NCBI GenBank assembly: GCA_964645795.1
Contig: CAZYCL010000006.1
Span: 73,939 to 137,938, forward strand
Direction: 5' to 3'
Source of the DNA: an uncultured Planctomycetales bacterium
GTDB lineage: Bacteria; Omnitrophota; Gorgyraeia; Gygaellales; Profunditerraquicolaceae
Length of the DNA: 64,000 nucleotides
Numbering within the stretch: the stretch's first letter is position 1; every line of letters starts with the position of its first letter. The position numbers were made by a program, and so were the translations under genes. The notes beneath the pieces were generated by a model that had not been told where the DNA came from, did not search any database, and worked only from the letters and a program-made list of their open reading frames with translations. Below, one piece after another: positions 27,628 through 38,000 of this stretch.

Positions 27628-27663
27628 TAAACCATTTACAAATCTATTTAAGGAGGTGTTTGT

Positions 27664-27954
27664 ATGGAGATCAAACCCCTGGGTGATCGAGTGGTGGTTA
27701 AGCCCCTGGAAGCAGAGGCAAAGTCTAAGGGCGGGATACTTCTGCCGGACACAGCTAAGGAGAAGCCGCAGGAGGGCAAAGTCGTTGCAGTCGGAAAAGG
27801 CAAGACCCTTGATAACGGGAGCGTCGCGGCCCCCGAGGTCAAGGTCGGAGACAGGGTATTATACGGTAAGTACTCGGGAAACGAGATTACTACCAAAGAA
27901 GGCGAAGAGCTTTTGATAATGCGCGAGGAAGATATCCTTGCGGTGATTAAATAA
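27664..27954 (+). CDS. groES: Co-chaperonin GroES
   Basis: [16 protein letters not shown]...GGILLPD...GKVVAVG. A RBS AAGGAGG precedes it. Confidence 0.9.
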   Translation: MEIKPLGDRVVVKPLEAEAKSKGGILLPDTAKEKPQEGKVVAVGKGKTLDNGSVAAPEVKVGDRVLYGKYSGNEITTKEGEELLIMREEDILAVIK

Positions 27955-28064
27955 GTGAGGCCACAGCTTACGGAGCGAGCGATAGCGAGCGAACGTAAGC
28001 TGTAAGGCCGAACTTATCCCGCGCCTTTTGCGGGATGAACAAGGATAATTTAAGGAGGGTTTAT

Positions 28065-29696
28065 ATGTCAAAACAGTTGATGTTTCAGGACGAGGGGCGC
28101 AGGAAGATCCTGAGCGGCGTAGAGCAGCTGGCTAAAGCCGTAAAGGTCACCCTGGGGCCTAAAGGACGCAATGTCGTAATCGATAAGAAGTTTGGTTCGC
28201 CCACCATTACCAAGGACGGCGTTACCGTTGCCAAGGAGATCGACCTGGAGGATCCCTTTGAGAATATGGGTGCTCAGATGGTCAAAGAGGTAGCGGAGAA
28301 GACCTCTGATACCGCCGGTGACGGAACTACCACTGCTACCGTGCTTGCCGAAGCGATTTATCGCGAAGGCCTGAAGAACGTTACAGCGGGCGCCAATCCC
28401 ATGGCCCTCAAGCGCGGCATAGAGAAGTCGGTCGAGAAGGTTGTGGAGGAGCTGGGCAAGCTTTCTACTCCCATCAAGGGCAAGAAAGAAACCGCCCAGG
28501 TAGCCACCATTGCCGCCAATGCCGACAAGGTTATCGGTGAGTTGATAGCGGATGCGATGGATAAGGTAGGCAAGGACGGGGTCATAACGGTTGAAGAGGC
28601 AAAATCCACCGCCACCACTCTGGACGTGGTCGAAGGCATGCAGTTTGACCAGGGCTACTTATCGCCTTACTTTGTCACGGATGCCGAGAGGATGGAAGTG
28701 CTTCTTGAGGATCCCTATATTTTGATATACGAAAAGAAGATTTCCAATATCAAGGACGTCCTTCCTTTATTGGAGAAGGTCGCACGCGCCGGCAGGCCGC
28801 TATTGATAATTGCCGAAGAGGTCGAGGGTGAAGCCCTGGCAACTTTGGTTGTTAACAAGATCCGCGGGACGTTCGTCGCCTGCGCCGTCAAGGCCCCCGG
28901 TTACGGGGACAGACGCAAGGCCATGCTTGAGGATATCGCCATCGTTACGGGCGGCAAGGCAGTAACCGAGGATTTGGGAATAAAGCTTGAGAACGTCGAT
29001 GTAGAAGACCTTGGCCGCGCCAAGAAAGTCCGCATCGATAAAGAGAATACGACTATCGTGGAAGGCGCAGGGAAGAACCAGTCTATCAGCGCCCGTATCG
29101 CCCAGATCAAGAAGCAGATCGATGACACGGACTCGGATTACGACAAAGAGAAGCTGCAGGAGCGCCTGGCAAAGCTTGCCGGCGGAGTTGCGGTGATCAA
29201 TGTGGGTGCTGCCACCGAAACCGAGATGAAAGAAAAGAAAGCCAGGGTTGAAGACGCCCTGCACGCAACGCGCGCTGCCAGCCAGGAAGGCATTGTTCCC
29301 GGAGGCGGCGTGGCTTTTATCCGCGCTATCCCGGCCCTGGATAAGTTCAGGCTTGAAGGGGACGAGAAGATCGGCGTGGATATAGTAAAGCGGGCCATTG
29401 AAGAGCCGCTCAGGCAAATAGCCCAGAACGCCGGGCTTGAAGGCTCCGTGGTCGTTCAGCGCATCAAACAGGAGAAGACCAATATCGGTTACGACGTGTC
29501 GCAGGATGACTATGTGGACATGATCGAGGCCGGCGTTATCGATCCTACAAAGGTGACCCGTTCTGCCTTGCAGAACGCCTCAAGTATCGCAGCCTTGTTA
29601 TTGACCACCGAGGCCTTTGTTGCCGATAAACCGGAGAAAGAAGATAAGATGCCGCCTATGCCTCCGGGAGGCGGAATGGGCGGTGGGATGTATTAA
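28065..29696 (+). CDS. groEL: Chaperonin GroEL
   Basis: The [15 protein letters not shown]-terminus, [11 protein letters not shown], and a C-terminal GGM-type tail (GGGMGGGMY). The start was taken at the internal ATG after a RBS. Confidence 0.9.
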   Translation: MSKQLMFQDEGRRKILSGVEQLAKAVKVTLGPKGRNVVIDKKFGSPTITKDGVTVAKEIDLEDPFENMGAQMVKEVAEKTSDTAGDGTTTATVLAEAIYREGLKNVTAGANPMALKRGIEKSVEKVVEELGKLSTPIKGKKETAQVATIAANADKVIGELIADAMDKVGKDGVITVEEAKSTATTLDVVEGMQFDQGYLSPYFVTDAERMEVLLEDPYILIYEKKISNIKDVLPLLEKVARAGRPLLIIAEEVEGEALATLVVNKIRGTFVACAVKAPGYGDRRKAMLEDIAIVTGGKAVTEDLGIKLENVDVEDLGRAKKVRIDKENTTIVEGAGKNQSISARIAQIKKQIDDTDSDYDKEKLQERLAKLAGGVAVINVGAATETEMKEKKARVEDALHATRAASQEGIVPGGGVAFIRAIPALDKFRLEGDEKIGVDIVKRAIEEPLRQIAQNAGLEGSVVVQRIKQEKTNIGYDVSQDDYVDMIEAGVIDPTKVTRSALQNASSIAALLLTTEAFVADKPEKEDKMPPMPPGGGMGGGMY

Positions 29697-29723
29697 TCCC
29701 CGCGCCATATAGTAATTGCAGTC

Positions 29724-29762
29724 AGGGCGCTCCTTTTGTAAAAGAAAGGAGCGCCTTTTTTT
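29724..29762 (+). terminator. Rho-independent terminator after groEL (GGCGCTCCTTTT...AAAGGAGCGCC plus T7)
   Basis: A stem-loop followed by a T-run. Confidence 0.75.
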
Positions 29763-29802
29763 GCCCAGTAAGGGCACACCCAGCCATCCCCGCAGAAAGC
29801 GG

Positions 29803-29836
29803 GGCACTTGCCTTTTACTTTAAAAAGCAAGGTGCC
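29803..29836. repeat. GGCACTTGCC-loop-GCAAGGTGCC hairpin (family H, inverted orientation)
   Basis: The same arms as at 4480-4510 and 4757-4787. Confidence 0.6.
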
Positions 29837-29903
29837 GATAGGCTGGGGTGTAGGCCCAGCAAGGGCACAAAGAATTGGATTGACCATTTAATCTACGCGG
29901 GTT

Positions 29904-30623
29904 ATGATAAATCATATGTTCTGGCCTCAGAAATTGGATAAGAACGGCGAGGAGTGCTGGGCGGGCATCCGGGGCGGCGACAGGGTGGATATTGTCCTGA
30001 GCGGCGCGGGCCAGAGCACGTACTCCAGCACTATTCTGTCCGTTGATGAAGCGGGGGTTCATATCGAGACGCCCAGGCTTGGCGCCAGCGTTTTGGAGGT
30101 TGAAATAAAGAGCAAGGCGGTCCTTAACGTTTATAGCACGGAGTTCGGCATACTTAAGTTCGCCTCAAGCGTACTGGGTCAGGAGTGGGAAAAAGAACGT
30201 TCGATATATTTTTCCAAACCCGCCAGGATCGAGCGGCTTCAGAGAAGGCAGTTCGTGCGCATAAAAAAGGTGTTGAAGGTGTCTTTTGGCCTCCTGCCCC
30301 AGGACGCCAGCAACGCGCTTAGCCCCGACAGTATAAAGCTCGACCGTTCGGGCGTTACCAGGGATATCTCCGAAGGCGGGCTGCAATTGGTAAGCGGCGA
30401 GGATGTTCCTTCGGATAGCCTGGTCAGTCTTTTAATAGAGCTTGACGCTTCGGGCACGGTTTTCGCAGCAGGCAAGGTCTTAAGCCAGGAAAGCCTTGGG
30501 ATGGGAGGCAGGCAGCTGCTGCGCATTCAGTTTGTGATGATACGAAATGAAGATAAAGATATCCTTAGAAGGTATATATCCCAGGTCATAAAGCAGAAAA
30601 AGGAAGAGGGAGATCTGGTTTAG
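29904..30623 (+). CDS. PilZ domain protein (YcgR-like, with an N-terminal PilZN-like domain)
   Basis: RRQFVR supplies RxxxR and DISEGGL supplies DxSxxG. The start is uncertain (29904 or 29916), because a TTGACC-N17-TATGAT promoter overlaps 29880-29908. Confidence 0.6.
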   Translation: MINHMFWPQKLDKNGEECWAGIRGGDRVDIVLSGAGQSTYSSTILSVDEAGVHIETPRLGASVLEVEIKSKAVLNVYSTEFGILKFASSVLGQEWEKERSIYFSKPARIERLQRRQFVRIKKVLKVSFGLLPQDASNALSPDSIKLDRSGVTRDISEGGLQLVSGEDVPSDSLVSLLIELDASGTVFAAGKVLSQESLGMGGRQLLRIQFVMIRNEDKDILRRYISQVIKQKKEEGDLV

Positions 30624-30659
30624 CCCCGCCTTATCGAAATACCCTATATTTAAATATAG

Positions 30660-30688
30660 TTGACAACGAATCAAAATTATTGTAAAAT
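30660..30688 (+). promoter_or_regulatory. Sigma-70-like promoter (TTGACA-N17-TAAAAT) with a ~85-nt leader before the IMPDH-family gene
   Basis: Read directly from the sequence. Confidence 0.5.
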
Positions 30689-30773
30689 TGTCCATTCCTT
30701 TCAATCAAGCCTCATAATAAAGGGAAAAGTCTATAACCTGTTCTGAAACAATAACTTACAACTATATAAGGAG

Positions 30774-31940
30774 ATGGAGATGGCAGAGTGGATAGGTATA
30801 AGCAGGAGGGCCCGTAGATGCTACGGATTCGATGAGATCGCCTTGGTCCCGGGAGCGCAGACCGGCAATCCCAATGAAGTTGACAGCAGCTTTGAGCTGG
30901 GGGGCAAGAAGTTCAAGGTCCCGATCCTGGCTGCGGCCATGGACGGAGTTGTTGATGTAAGGTTCGCTCAAGAGATGTCGGGCCTAGGAGGGATCGCGGT
31001 ATTGAACCTTGACGGCGTGCAGACCCGTTACGAGAATGCGGACGAGGTCCTTGAAGAGATTGCCAAAGCCAGTCCCCAGAAAGCCACCGAACTTATACAG
31101 TCAATTTATACCACTCCGATAAAGGAAAAGCTTATCTTAAAGAGGGTCTCTGAAATCAAGAAAAAGAAAGGGACCGCCGTAGTTAGTTGTATCCCCGCTC
31201 ACTCCGAGAAGTTCTCCAGGATCGCCATCGGAGCCGGCGCGGACATCTTTGTGGTCCAGTCTACGGTTACCACCGTTAAGCACATAGCCAAGGAGTATAA
31301 GAGCCTGGACCTTTACAAATTCTGTAATTCAACGAAGGTCCCGGTAGTGCTGGGTAACTGCGTTACTTATGAGGTCACTCTTGAGCTGATGGAGGCAGGT
31401 GCTGCGGCGTTATTGATCGGTGTAGGGCCGGGCGCTGCCTGTACTACCCGCGGGGTCCTTGGGATAGGGGTGCCGCAGGTGACCGCAACGGTGGATGCTT
31501 CGGCTGCCAGGGATTTTTATCATAAACGCACCGGAAGGTACGTTCCCATAATTACCGATGGCGGGATGAACCGCGGCGGCGATATCTGTAAGGCTTTTGC
31601 CTGCGGCGCGGATGCGGTGATGATCGGCTCAAGCTTTGCCAGGGCCCAGGAAGCGCCCGGCAGGGGCTATCATTGGGGCATGGCTACTTCACACGTAAAC
31701 CTGCCGCGCGGTACGCGTATTTATGTAGGCACTACCGGCTCTCTGAAAGAGATCCTTTTCGGGCCCGCAAAGGTAGATGACGGTTCCCAGAATTTGATGG
31801 GGGCGTTGCGTACTTCCATGGGTTCGCTGGGAGCGATGAGCATTAAGCAGATGCATGACGTGGAGATTATTATCGCTCCTTCCATACAGACCGAAGGCAA
31901 GATATTCCAAGTAGGCCAGAGAGTGGGCATGGGTAAGTAA
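30774..31940 (+). CDS. IMP dehydrogenase/GMP reductase family protein lacking the CBS subdomain
   Basis: A TIM-barrel IMPDH active-site loop is present ([12 protein letters not shown]), along with GDGG-like GGMNRGGDI. There is no CBS pair. Confidence 0.7.
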   Translation: MEMAEWIGISRRARRCYGFDEIALVPGAQTGNPNEVDSSFELGGKKFKVPILAAAMDGVVDVRFAQEMSGLGGIAVLNLDGVQTRYENADEVLEEIAKASPQKATELIQSIYTTPIKEKLILKRVSEIKKKKGTAVVSCIPAHSEKFSRIAIGAGADIFVVQSTVTTVKHIAKEYKSLDLYKFCNSTKVPVVLGNCVTYEVTLELMEAGAAALLIGVGPGAACTTRGVLGIGVPQVTATVDASAARDFYHKRTGRYVPIITDGGMNRGGDICKAFACGADAVMIGSSFARAQEAPGRGYHWGMATSHVNLPRGTRIYVGTTGSLKEILFGPAKVDDGSQNLMGALRTSMGSLGAMSIKQMHDVEIIIAPSIQTEGKIFQVGQRVGMGK

Positions 31941-31955
31941 ATCCGGGCCTCAGAT

Positions 31956-33374
31956 GTGGCGAAAGTAATACTCATCAATCCGCACGTTAAAGGCGCGACG
32001 GGGATCAATAGAGCGGTTACTACCGCTCCGTTAGGGCTGGCATATCTGGCGGCGGTATTAGAAAAAAACCGGCACAAGGTGCAGATCATCGACGCCTTCG
32101 TCTACGGCATCGAGGCGCATCAAATAACGAAAAGCTTCGCGTTTAGCCCGGACCTGGTAGGAATATCCACTAATATCATCAGCCATAAAGCCGGTGTTGA
32201 GTGCGCCGCCTGCATCAAAGGCGCATATCCAGGCCTGCCCGTGGTTTTCGGAGGCCCGCACAGTTCTTCATTGGCAGAAAGCGTGCTGGCCAGAAATCCT
32301 TCTATCGATGCGGTAGTGATAGGGGAAGGGGAGTATAGCCTGTTGGGATTGGTCCAGACGCTTGGCGAATCCCGCGCTTTTTCCAAGCTCCCGGGGGTTG
32401 CCTGGCGCGATGACGGCCGGATAGTTTGCAACAGCCGGCGCCAGTTGATAGAAAACCTTGATGAGCTTCCGCTGCCGGCCTACCATCTGTTGCCGAGCCT
32501 TGATAAATATAAGACGCGTTCCCGCGGGCATCCTTCAGGATATATCATTACCAGCCGCGGCTGCAGTTACCAGTGCAGTTTTTGTAACAGAAATATATTC
32601 GGCAACGCCTGGCGCGCTCATTCGGTCGACAGGATAATGGAAGAAATCGGGCTGCTGGTGGACCGCTATAAGATCAGGCAGCTTGATATCCTGGATGATA
32701 ATTTTACTTTTGACATGCGCAGGGCCGAAGAGGTCTGCGAGCGCATCAGCGCCTGCGGTTATAAGCTCAAGATCGACCTTCAGAACGGCATTAGGGTTGA
32801 CAGGGCCAGCGAAGGGCTGCTTTTGAAGATGCGCAGGGCCGGGGTTTTCAGGATCGGCTTTGGCATAGAGTCAGCTTGCCTCCAGGTCCAGAAAAAGTCA
32901 AATAAGCCGATAGACCTGGAAAGAGCAAGAACGCTTACTAACGCGGCAAGGTCGCTGGGGATTGTTACCAGCGGATTCTTTATGATCGGGCTGCCCGGCG
33001 AGACAGCCGCAAGTTTAAGAGAAACGATGGATTTTGCATTAAATCTTAACCCCCACTTTGCCAATTTTTCGCTCTGCATGCCGTTGCCGGGTACGCAGGT
33101 CTACGAAGAGGCAAAAAGAAGCGGGACGCTGCTTAAGGACGTGGATAACGGGGTTGACGCGGGGTTTTTTGGGACCGAGTTGTTCTTGAAGCCGGATTCG
33201 CTGGAGCCCGGGCAGGTCGTTTCGTATTTCAGCTACGCCTACAGGAAATTTTATCTGCGGCCGCGCAAGCTCATCGACATCCTGCTGACCATTAGGTCTT
33301 TGCATGAGCTTAGATGGTTTCTGGAAGAAGCAAAGGAGATGCTGATGCTGGCGCTGAAGAAGGAAAAACTATGA
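31956..33374 (+). CDS. B12-binding domain-containing radical SAM protein (class B rSAM)
   Basis: An N-terminal cobalamin-binding Rossmann-like domain, then the CxxxCxxC motif (SRGCSYQCSFC). GTG start. Confidence 0.75.
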   Translation: MAKVILINPHVKGATGINRAVTTAPLGLAYLAAVLEKNRHKVQIIDAFVYGIEAHQITKSFAFSPDLVGISTNIISHKAGVECAACIKGAYPGLPVVFGGPHSSSLAESVLARNPSIDAVVIGEGEYSLLGLVQTLGESRAFSKLPGVAWRDDGRIVCNSRRQLIENLDELPLPAYHLLPSLDKYKTRSRGHPSGYIITSRGCSYQCSFCNRNIFGNAWRAHSVDRIMEEIGLLVDRYKIRQLDILDDNFTFDMRRAEEVCERISACGYKLKIDLQNGIRVDRASEGLLLKMRRAGVFRIGFGIESACLQVQKKSNKPIDLERARTLTNAARSLGIVTSGFFMIGLPGETAASLRETMDFALNLNPHFANFSLCMPLPGTQVYEEAKRSGTLLKDVDNGVDAGFFGTELFLKPDSLEPGQVVSYFSYAYRKFYLRPRKLIDILLTIRSLHELRWFLEEAKEMLMLALKKEKL

Positions 33375-34912
33375 ATAGACAAACAGTAATAATCCTCGAT
33401 TTCGGTTCACAATATACGCAGTTGATAGCTCGCAGGGTAAGAGAAAGCAAGGTGTTTTCGGTGATCATGCCTTTCAATACCCCCGCAAGCCAGATCGCCT
33501 CAATGCAGCCGAAGGGCATAATCCTGTCAGGCGGGCCTGCTTCGGTAGTGGAGAAGAAGAGTCCGGTCCCGGACAAGGGCATATTTAAACTTGGCATCCC
33601 GATACTCGGCATCTGTTACGGCATGCAGGTGATATCGGAGATGCACGGCGGCAAAGTCAAGCATACCAAAGTGCGCGAATATGGCAAGGCCGAGCTTTTC
33701 GTTGACGATAACCGGGACCTGTTCGCTCATCTTCCGGGCAATTTTACCTGCTGGGCCAGCCACGGCGATTACGTCACCAGGCTGCCTGGGGGGTTCTCAA
33801 AGATCGCCCACACCATGAACGCTCCCATCGCGGCTATCGCCAATAAGAAGAAAAAGATCTACGCGGTGCAGTTCCATCCGGAAGTAACGCATACCGAAAA
33901 AGGCAATCAGATACTGAGTAACTTTTTGTTCAGGGTCTGCGGGTGTCTGGGCCGCTGGACCATGCAGTCTTTTATCAAGGAGAGCATCGAGCAGATCCGT
34001 AAGACCGTGGGCAAGGATCGCGTGGTCCTGGGCTTAAGCGGCGGAGTGGACTCTTCGGTGGCGGCACTGCTCATACACAGGGCCATAGGCAAGAACCTGC
34101 GCTCTATCTTTATAGACAACGGGCTTCTTAGGAGGGATGAGCCTGAGCAGATAAAACGTGTTTTTAAGAATATGTACCACCTGAACCTCGATTACGTGGA
34201 CAGGTCCAAAAGGTTCCTGGACCGACTTAAGGGAGTGCTTGACCCGGAAGAGAAACGCAAGATCATAGGTTCTGAGTTTGTGCGCGTATTCGAAGAGGAG
34301 GCTGCAAAGTTCAAGGGCGTAAGGTTCCTTGCCCAGGGCACGCTTTATCCGGACGTGATAGAGTCCGTATCGCCCAGTGGCGCCCCCAGCAGAAAGATAA
34401 AGAGCCATCATAATGTGGGCGGGCTGCCTGAGCACATGAAGCTAAAGCTCCTGGAGCCTTTACGGGACCTCTTTAAGGACGAGGTGCGCCTGATCGCCAA
34501 AGATCTGGGGTTGCCGGAAGAGATAGTCCACCGCCAGCCGTTCCCCGGTCCGGGGCTTGCGGTGCGGATCATCGGTGATGTGACCAGGGAACGCCTGGAG
34601 CTCTTAAGGGAAGCGGATAAGCGCGTCACCGCTGAGATCAGGAGCGCCCATTTGTACGAGCAGATCTGGCAATCTTTCGCGGTCTTATTGCCGGTAAAGA
34701 GCGTCGGCATCATGGGGGATGAGCGCACTTACGAGAACGTCTGTGCGCTGCGCTGTGTTATGAGCATGGACGGCATGACCGCTGACTGGGTGAGGCTTCC
34801 ATATGAAGTGATGGAAAAGATCGCAGGCCGTATCATCAACGAAGTAAAAGGCATCAATCGCGTCGTCTACGATATAAGCTCCAAGCCTCCCGCGACGATC
34901 GAGTGGGAGTGA
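33371..34912 (+). CDS. guaA: GMP synthase [glutamine-hydrolyzing]
   Basis: A GATase domain (GICYGMQ, HPE) and an ATP-PPase SGGVDSSV motif. ATGA overlap with the upstream gene. Confidence 0.9.
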   Translation: MNRQTVIILDFGSQYTQLIARRVRESKVFSVIMPFNTPASQIASMQPKGIILSGGPASVVEKKSPVPDKGIFKLGIPILGICYGMQVISEMHGGKVKHTKVREYGKAELFVDDNRDLFAHLPGNFTCWASHGDYVTRLPGGFSKIAHTMNAPIAAIANKKKKIYAVQFHPEVTHTEKGNQILSNFLFRVCGCLGRWTMQSFIKESIEQIRKTVGKDRVVLGLSGGVDSSVAALLIHRAIGKNLRSIFIDNGLLRRDEPEQIKRVFKNMYHLNLDYVDRSKRFLDRLKGVLDPEEKRKIIGSEFVRVFEEEAAKFKGVRFLAQGTLYPDVIESVSPSGAPSRKIKSHHNVGGLPEHMKLKLLEPLRDLFKDEVRLIAKDLGLPEEIVHRQPFPGPGLAVRIIGDVTRERLELLREADKRVTAEIRSAHLYEQIWQSFAVLLPVKSVGIMGDERTYENVCALRCVMSMDGMTADWVRLPYEVMEKIAGRIINEVKGINRVVYDISSKPPATIEWE

Positions 34913-34930
34913 TCCGATAAAAAATAGAAA

Positions 34931-34994
34931 TGGTCACCACGTCACCAAGTCACCACGTCACCGGTTTAACGTGTGACCTGGTGGCTTGGTGACC
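34931..34994. repeat. GTCACC/GGTGAC palindromic element (family G), copy 2
   Basis: GGTCACCACGTCACCAAGTCACCACGTCACCGGTTTAACGTGTGACCTGGTGGCTTGGTGACCG. The left arm is identical to copy 3. Confidence 0.8.
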
Positions 34995-35016
34995 GATTGA
35001 ATTTTCCGATAGATTT

Positions 35017-38000
35017 ATGCCGCACTCCGATTTCATCCATCTTCACCTGCATACCCAATACAGCCTTCTTGACGGAGCCTGCCGTATCCCTGAGATCATA
35101 GCTTTGGCCAAGCACCATAAAATGGACAGCCTGGCGATTACCGACCACGGCAACATGTTCGGGGCTATCGAGTTCTACCAGGAAGTCCAGAAGGCGGGGA
35201 TCAAGCCGATACTGGGCTGCGAGATGTATATTGCCCCGGCAAGCCGCTTTGACAAGACCTCCTCGATCGAAGACGCCTCATATCATCTGATATTGTTGTG
35301 TCGGGATGAGACCGGTTACCACAACCTGGTAAAGCTGGTATCCATCGGCTACCTCGAGGGTTTTTACTACCGCCCGCGCATAGACAAAGAGGTCCTGCTC
35401 ATGCATTCCAAGGGGCTGATAGGGATGTCGGCCTGCCTTAAAGGCGAGATACCCAGCCTGCTTCAGGAAAAACGCTTTAACGACGCTTTGAAGGCCGCGG
35501 ATAATTATCAGAGCATTTTCGGTAAGGACAACTTTTACCTGGAGCTGCAGCCCAACTCCATCCCCGAACAGAAGATCGTCAATGAAGGGCTGGTGAAGAT
35601 CTCAAGGCAGCTGGGCATACCGCTGGTAGCCACTAACGACGTTCATTATCTGTCCAAAGACAAGGCAGCGGCCCACGAGGCGCTCTTGTGCATCCAGACC
35701 CAGACTACCCTCGATGACCCCGACCGTATGCGCTTCCAAACCAACGAATTCTATTTTACTTCGCCGCAGGAAATGAAGGATTACTTCAGGGGCCTGCCTG
35801 AAGCGATAGATAATACCCGCAGCATAGCCGCAAGATGCAACCTGGAGCTGGATTTCTCAAAGCTGCACCTGCCAAAGTATGATCCGCCTGACGGAGAGGA
35901 TAAGGAAGTGTTCCTGCGCCGGCTTTGCGAAAAAGGCCTTAAAGACAGGTACGGCCGGGAAGACCCCGTGATCCGCCAGCGCCTTGAGCATGAACTGAAG
36001 ATCATCAAGGATATGGGTTTCATCAGCTATTTTCTCATCGTATGGGACTTCATCAATTACGCGCGCAGCCAGGGCATTCCCGTAGGTCCGGGCAGGGGCT
36101 CGGCTGCCGGCAGCATAACCAGCTACCTGCTTTACATCACCGATATAGACCCTTTAAAGTACGGTTTGCTTTTCGAGAGGTTCCTTAATCCCGAACGTAT
36201 CGGCATGCCTGATATCGATATCGATTTTTGTTACGAAAGAAGGCAGGAGGTCATCGATTACGTCACCAATAAATACGGCCAGGAGAACGTCGCCCAGATA
36301 ATTACTTTCGGTACCATGCAGGCCAGGGCCGTGGTGCGCGACGTTGGCCGGGTCATGGGCATGGCTTATGCCGATGTTGACCGTATCGCCAAGATGATAC
36401 CGCCTGACCCGAATATGACCCTGAAAGACGCCCTGGTGAGCGAGCTTGAGTTAAAGACCCTGTATAAGAACGACCCAGAGATAACCAAGCTCATTGATAC
36501 CGCGCTTTCACTGGAAGGCCTGAACCGCCACGCCTCGGTACACGCGGCAGGCGTGGTCATCGCCGATAAGCCTTTAAGCAGTTATATGCCTATCTTTAAG
36601 ACCGGCGACGACCAGATCACCACCGGCTATAGCATGGGGATGCTTGAAAAGATAGGGCTGCTTAAGGTGGATTTCCTGGGCCTAAGGACGCTTACGGTGA
36701 TATTCGAGACCATCAAGCTCATTAAAGAGACGCAGGGAAAAGATATAGATATAGTGAGGCTTCCCCTGGATGACCAGCCTACCTACAGGCTATTGGGTTC
36801 TGCGCATACTCTGGGTGTCTTCCAGGTGGAAAGCTCCGGCATGCGCGACCTGTTAAGGAAGCTTGAGCCCAGCAGGTTCGAGGACCTTATTGCCCTGCTT
36901 GCCCTGTACCGGCCCGGGCCTATCGGCTCAGGCATGCTCGATGACTTCATGAAGCGCAAGCACGGCCAGGTGCCGATAAGATATGAGCATCCCAGCCTTG
37001 AGCCGATATTGAAGGAGACCTACGGCATAATGGTCTATCAGGAGCAGATCATGCAGATCGCCTCTGTCCTTGCCGGATTCTCCATGGCCCAGGCCGATCA
37101 TCTGCGCAAGGCCATGGGCAAGAAGATACCCGAAGTCATGGAGAAGCAGAGGCACCACTTCATGCAGGGCTGCCTTAAGAACGGCATAAAAGAGTCGCTG
37201 GCAGCCAGGATCTTCGATCTCATCGAATACTTCTCGGGCTACGGTTTTAACAAATCTCATTCTACCGCTTACGCCCTTATATCCTACCGCACGGCCTACC
37301 TTAAGGCCAATTACCCCGTTGAATTCATGACGGCGCTCTTGACTTCGGAACGCGATAATACCGATAAGATTGTAGAGTATGTTAACGAGGCCGAGCGCAT
37401 GGGCCTGGAGGTCCTTTCTCCCGACGTCAATGAAAGCGAATGCCTGTTTAACGTAGTGGATCAGAAGACGATAAGGTTCGGGTTGCTGGCGATAAAGAAC
37501 GTAGGCCGCGGAGCGGCGGAGTCCATAGTCCAGTCGCGCAGGCAAAACGGCAAGTTTGCCTCTCTTCAGGATATGTGCCGCAGGATAGACCTGAGGCTGG
37601 TAAACAAGAAGGTGCTTGAGAGCCTCATAAAGTGCGGCGCGCTTGACCGCTTTGGCATGTCCCGGGCGCAGATGTTTGCCTCCCTGGAGACCATATTGGA
37701 TGCCGCTTCGCGTCATCAGAAAGAGAAGGCTACGGGACAGCTTTCTTTCTTTGACCAGGGTTTGGGTAATGCCGGCGGCGGCGGCGCCGGGAACGCCAGC
37801 CTTCCGGATATAAAGGAATGGCCGGAGCCGCAGCTTCTGGCGTTTGAAAAGGAGATGCTCGGTTTCTACGTAAGCGGCCATCCTTTGGCGCGCTACGCCC
37901 GTCAGTTAAAAAGGTTTGCCTCTACCTCAATAAGCAAGCTCACCCAGCATAACGATCAGGATGAAATTAAGCTGGTGGGCCTCATCTCCAAGGTGAAGCA

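Noticed and set aside
30689-30773. Purine riboswitch in the leader of the IMPDH-family gene
   Set aside because: I could not recognise the guanine/adenine aptamer consensus or any other known riboswitch by eye. Left as an unassigned leader.
36928-37881. 317-aa minus-strand ORF inside dnaE
   Set aside because: Antisense to a highly conserved polymerase core, with no motifs. Spurious.
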